Virus record (IMG/VR): IMGVR_UViG_3300048930_000409
Location: 1 to 64,000 of that record
Source: a virus
Direction: 5' to 3' (one strand)
Length of the DNA: 64,000 bases
Position numbers and translations under genes: made by a program. This document shows, piece by piece, positions 63,694 to 64,000 of the stretch (the first letter of the stretch is position 1; the number at the start of each line of letters is the position of its first letter). A model generated the notes under the pieces. It was not told the origin of the DNA. It did no database searches and was given only the letters and a program-made list of their open reading frames with translations.

Positions 63694-64000
63694 TTATCCG
63701 ACGATGTTCTCGATGAACACGCCGAGGTCGGGCGCCACGGCCTTGTTGTCGAACGCGACCTCCATCTCGTACCGCGTCGACTTGGTCAGCGGCACCGGGA
63801 TGGTCGCCACGCCCGCGCCGAGGCCGAGGCCACCGGACACGCCGGTCCAGCGGAACGTGTAGCCCGCCGACGGAGTCAGTCGACCGGGGTTCGCAGCCAC
63901 GTGCCCGAACCAGGCCGACTTGCCGAAGATGAACGACACGGCCTTGGTCGCGCGCTCGGGCGCCGTGTTGACGACGGCCTTGGCGATCAGGATGCGGTCG
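63694..64000 (-). CDS. major capsid protein, C-terminal part (runs off the window)
   Basis: DRILIAKAVVNTAPE...PSAGYTFRW...K.VAPDLG.F. Confidence 0.8.
   Translation of the reverse strand, partial: DRILIAKAVVNTAPERATKAVSFIFGKSAWFGHVAANPGRLTPSAGYTFRWTGVSGGLGLGAGVATIPVPLTKSTRYEMEVAFDNKAVAPDLGVFIENIVG

Noticed and set aside
1-64000. tRNA/rRNA genes, integrase, and a firm host assignment
   Set aside because: None recognised by eye; a diderm high-GC host is suggested by the GH108 endolysin and lipobox but cannot be named from this sequence

Overview
A 64-kb slice of a high-GC tailed dsDNA phage (siphovirus-like: long tape measure, tail-tube genes, no sheath seen). The + strand (1-37.9 kb) carries about 50 small early genes, a candidate replication origin, and a replication/nucleotide-metabolism module (SNF2 helicase, RuvC-like resolvase, Cas4-like exonuclease, AAA ATPase, SSB-like protein, family-A DNA polymerase, primase-helicase). 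The - strand (38-64 kb) carries lysis, tail, head-tail and the 3' end of the major capsid gene. No integrase, tRNA, rRNA or CRISPR array was seen. Main observations: (1) a candidate new DNA base-hypermodification pathway (ThyX-fold protein with an altered active site, mutase-like flavoprotein, NTP-pyrophosphatase/HAD fusion, TAGT-like glycosyltransferase, Nmad1-like protein) behind a riboswitch-like leader; (2) at least 13 early genes whose Shine-Dalgarno sits in a C-GGAG-G loop on a covarying stem, usually behind a sigma70-like promoter and a leader hairpin; (3) two chromosomal-type parS palindromes at the left end; (4) an HNH insertion that carries a synonymously recoded copy of its target gene's last six codons; (5) several structural-module proteins, including the 1093-aa tail fibre, with Sec-like signal peptides. 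All functional calls are from motif recognition by eye; no database search was run, and several start codons were re-chosen from RBS/overlap evidence.
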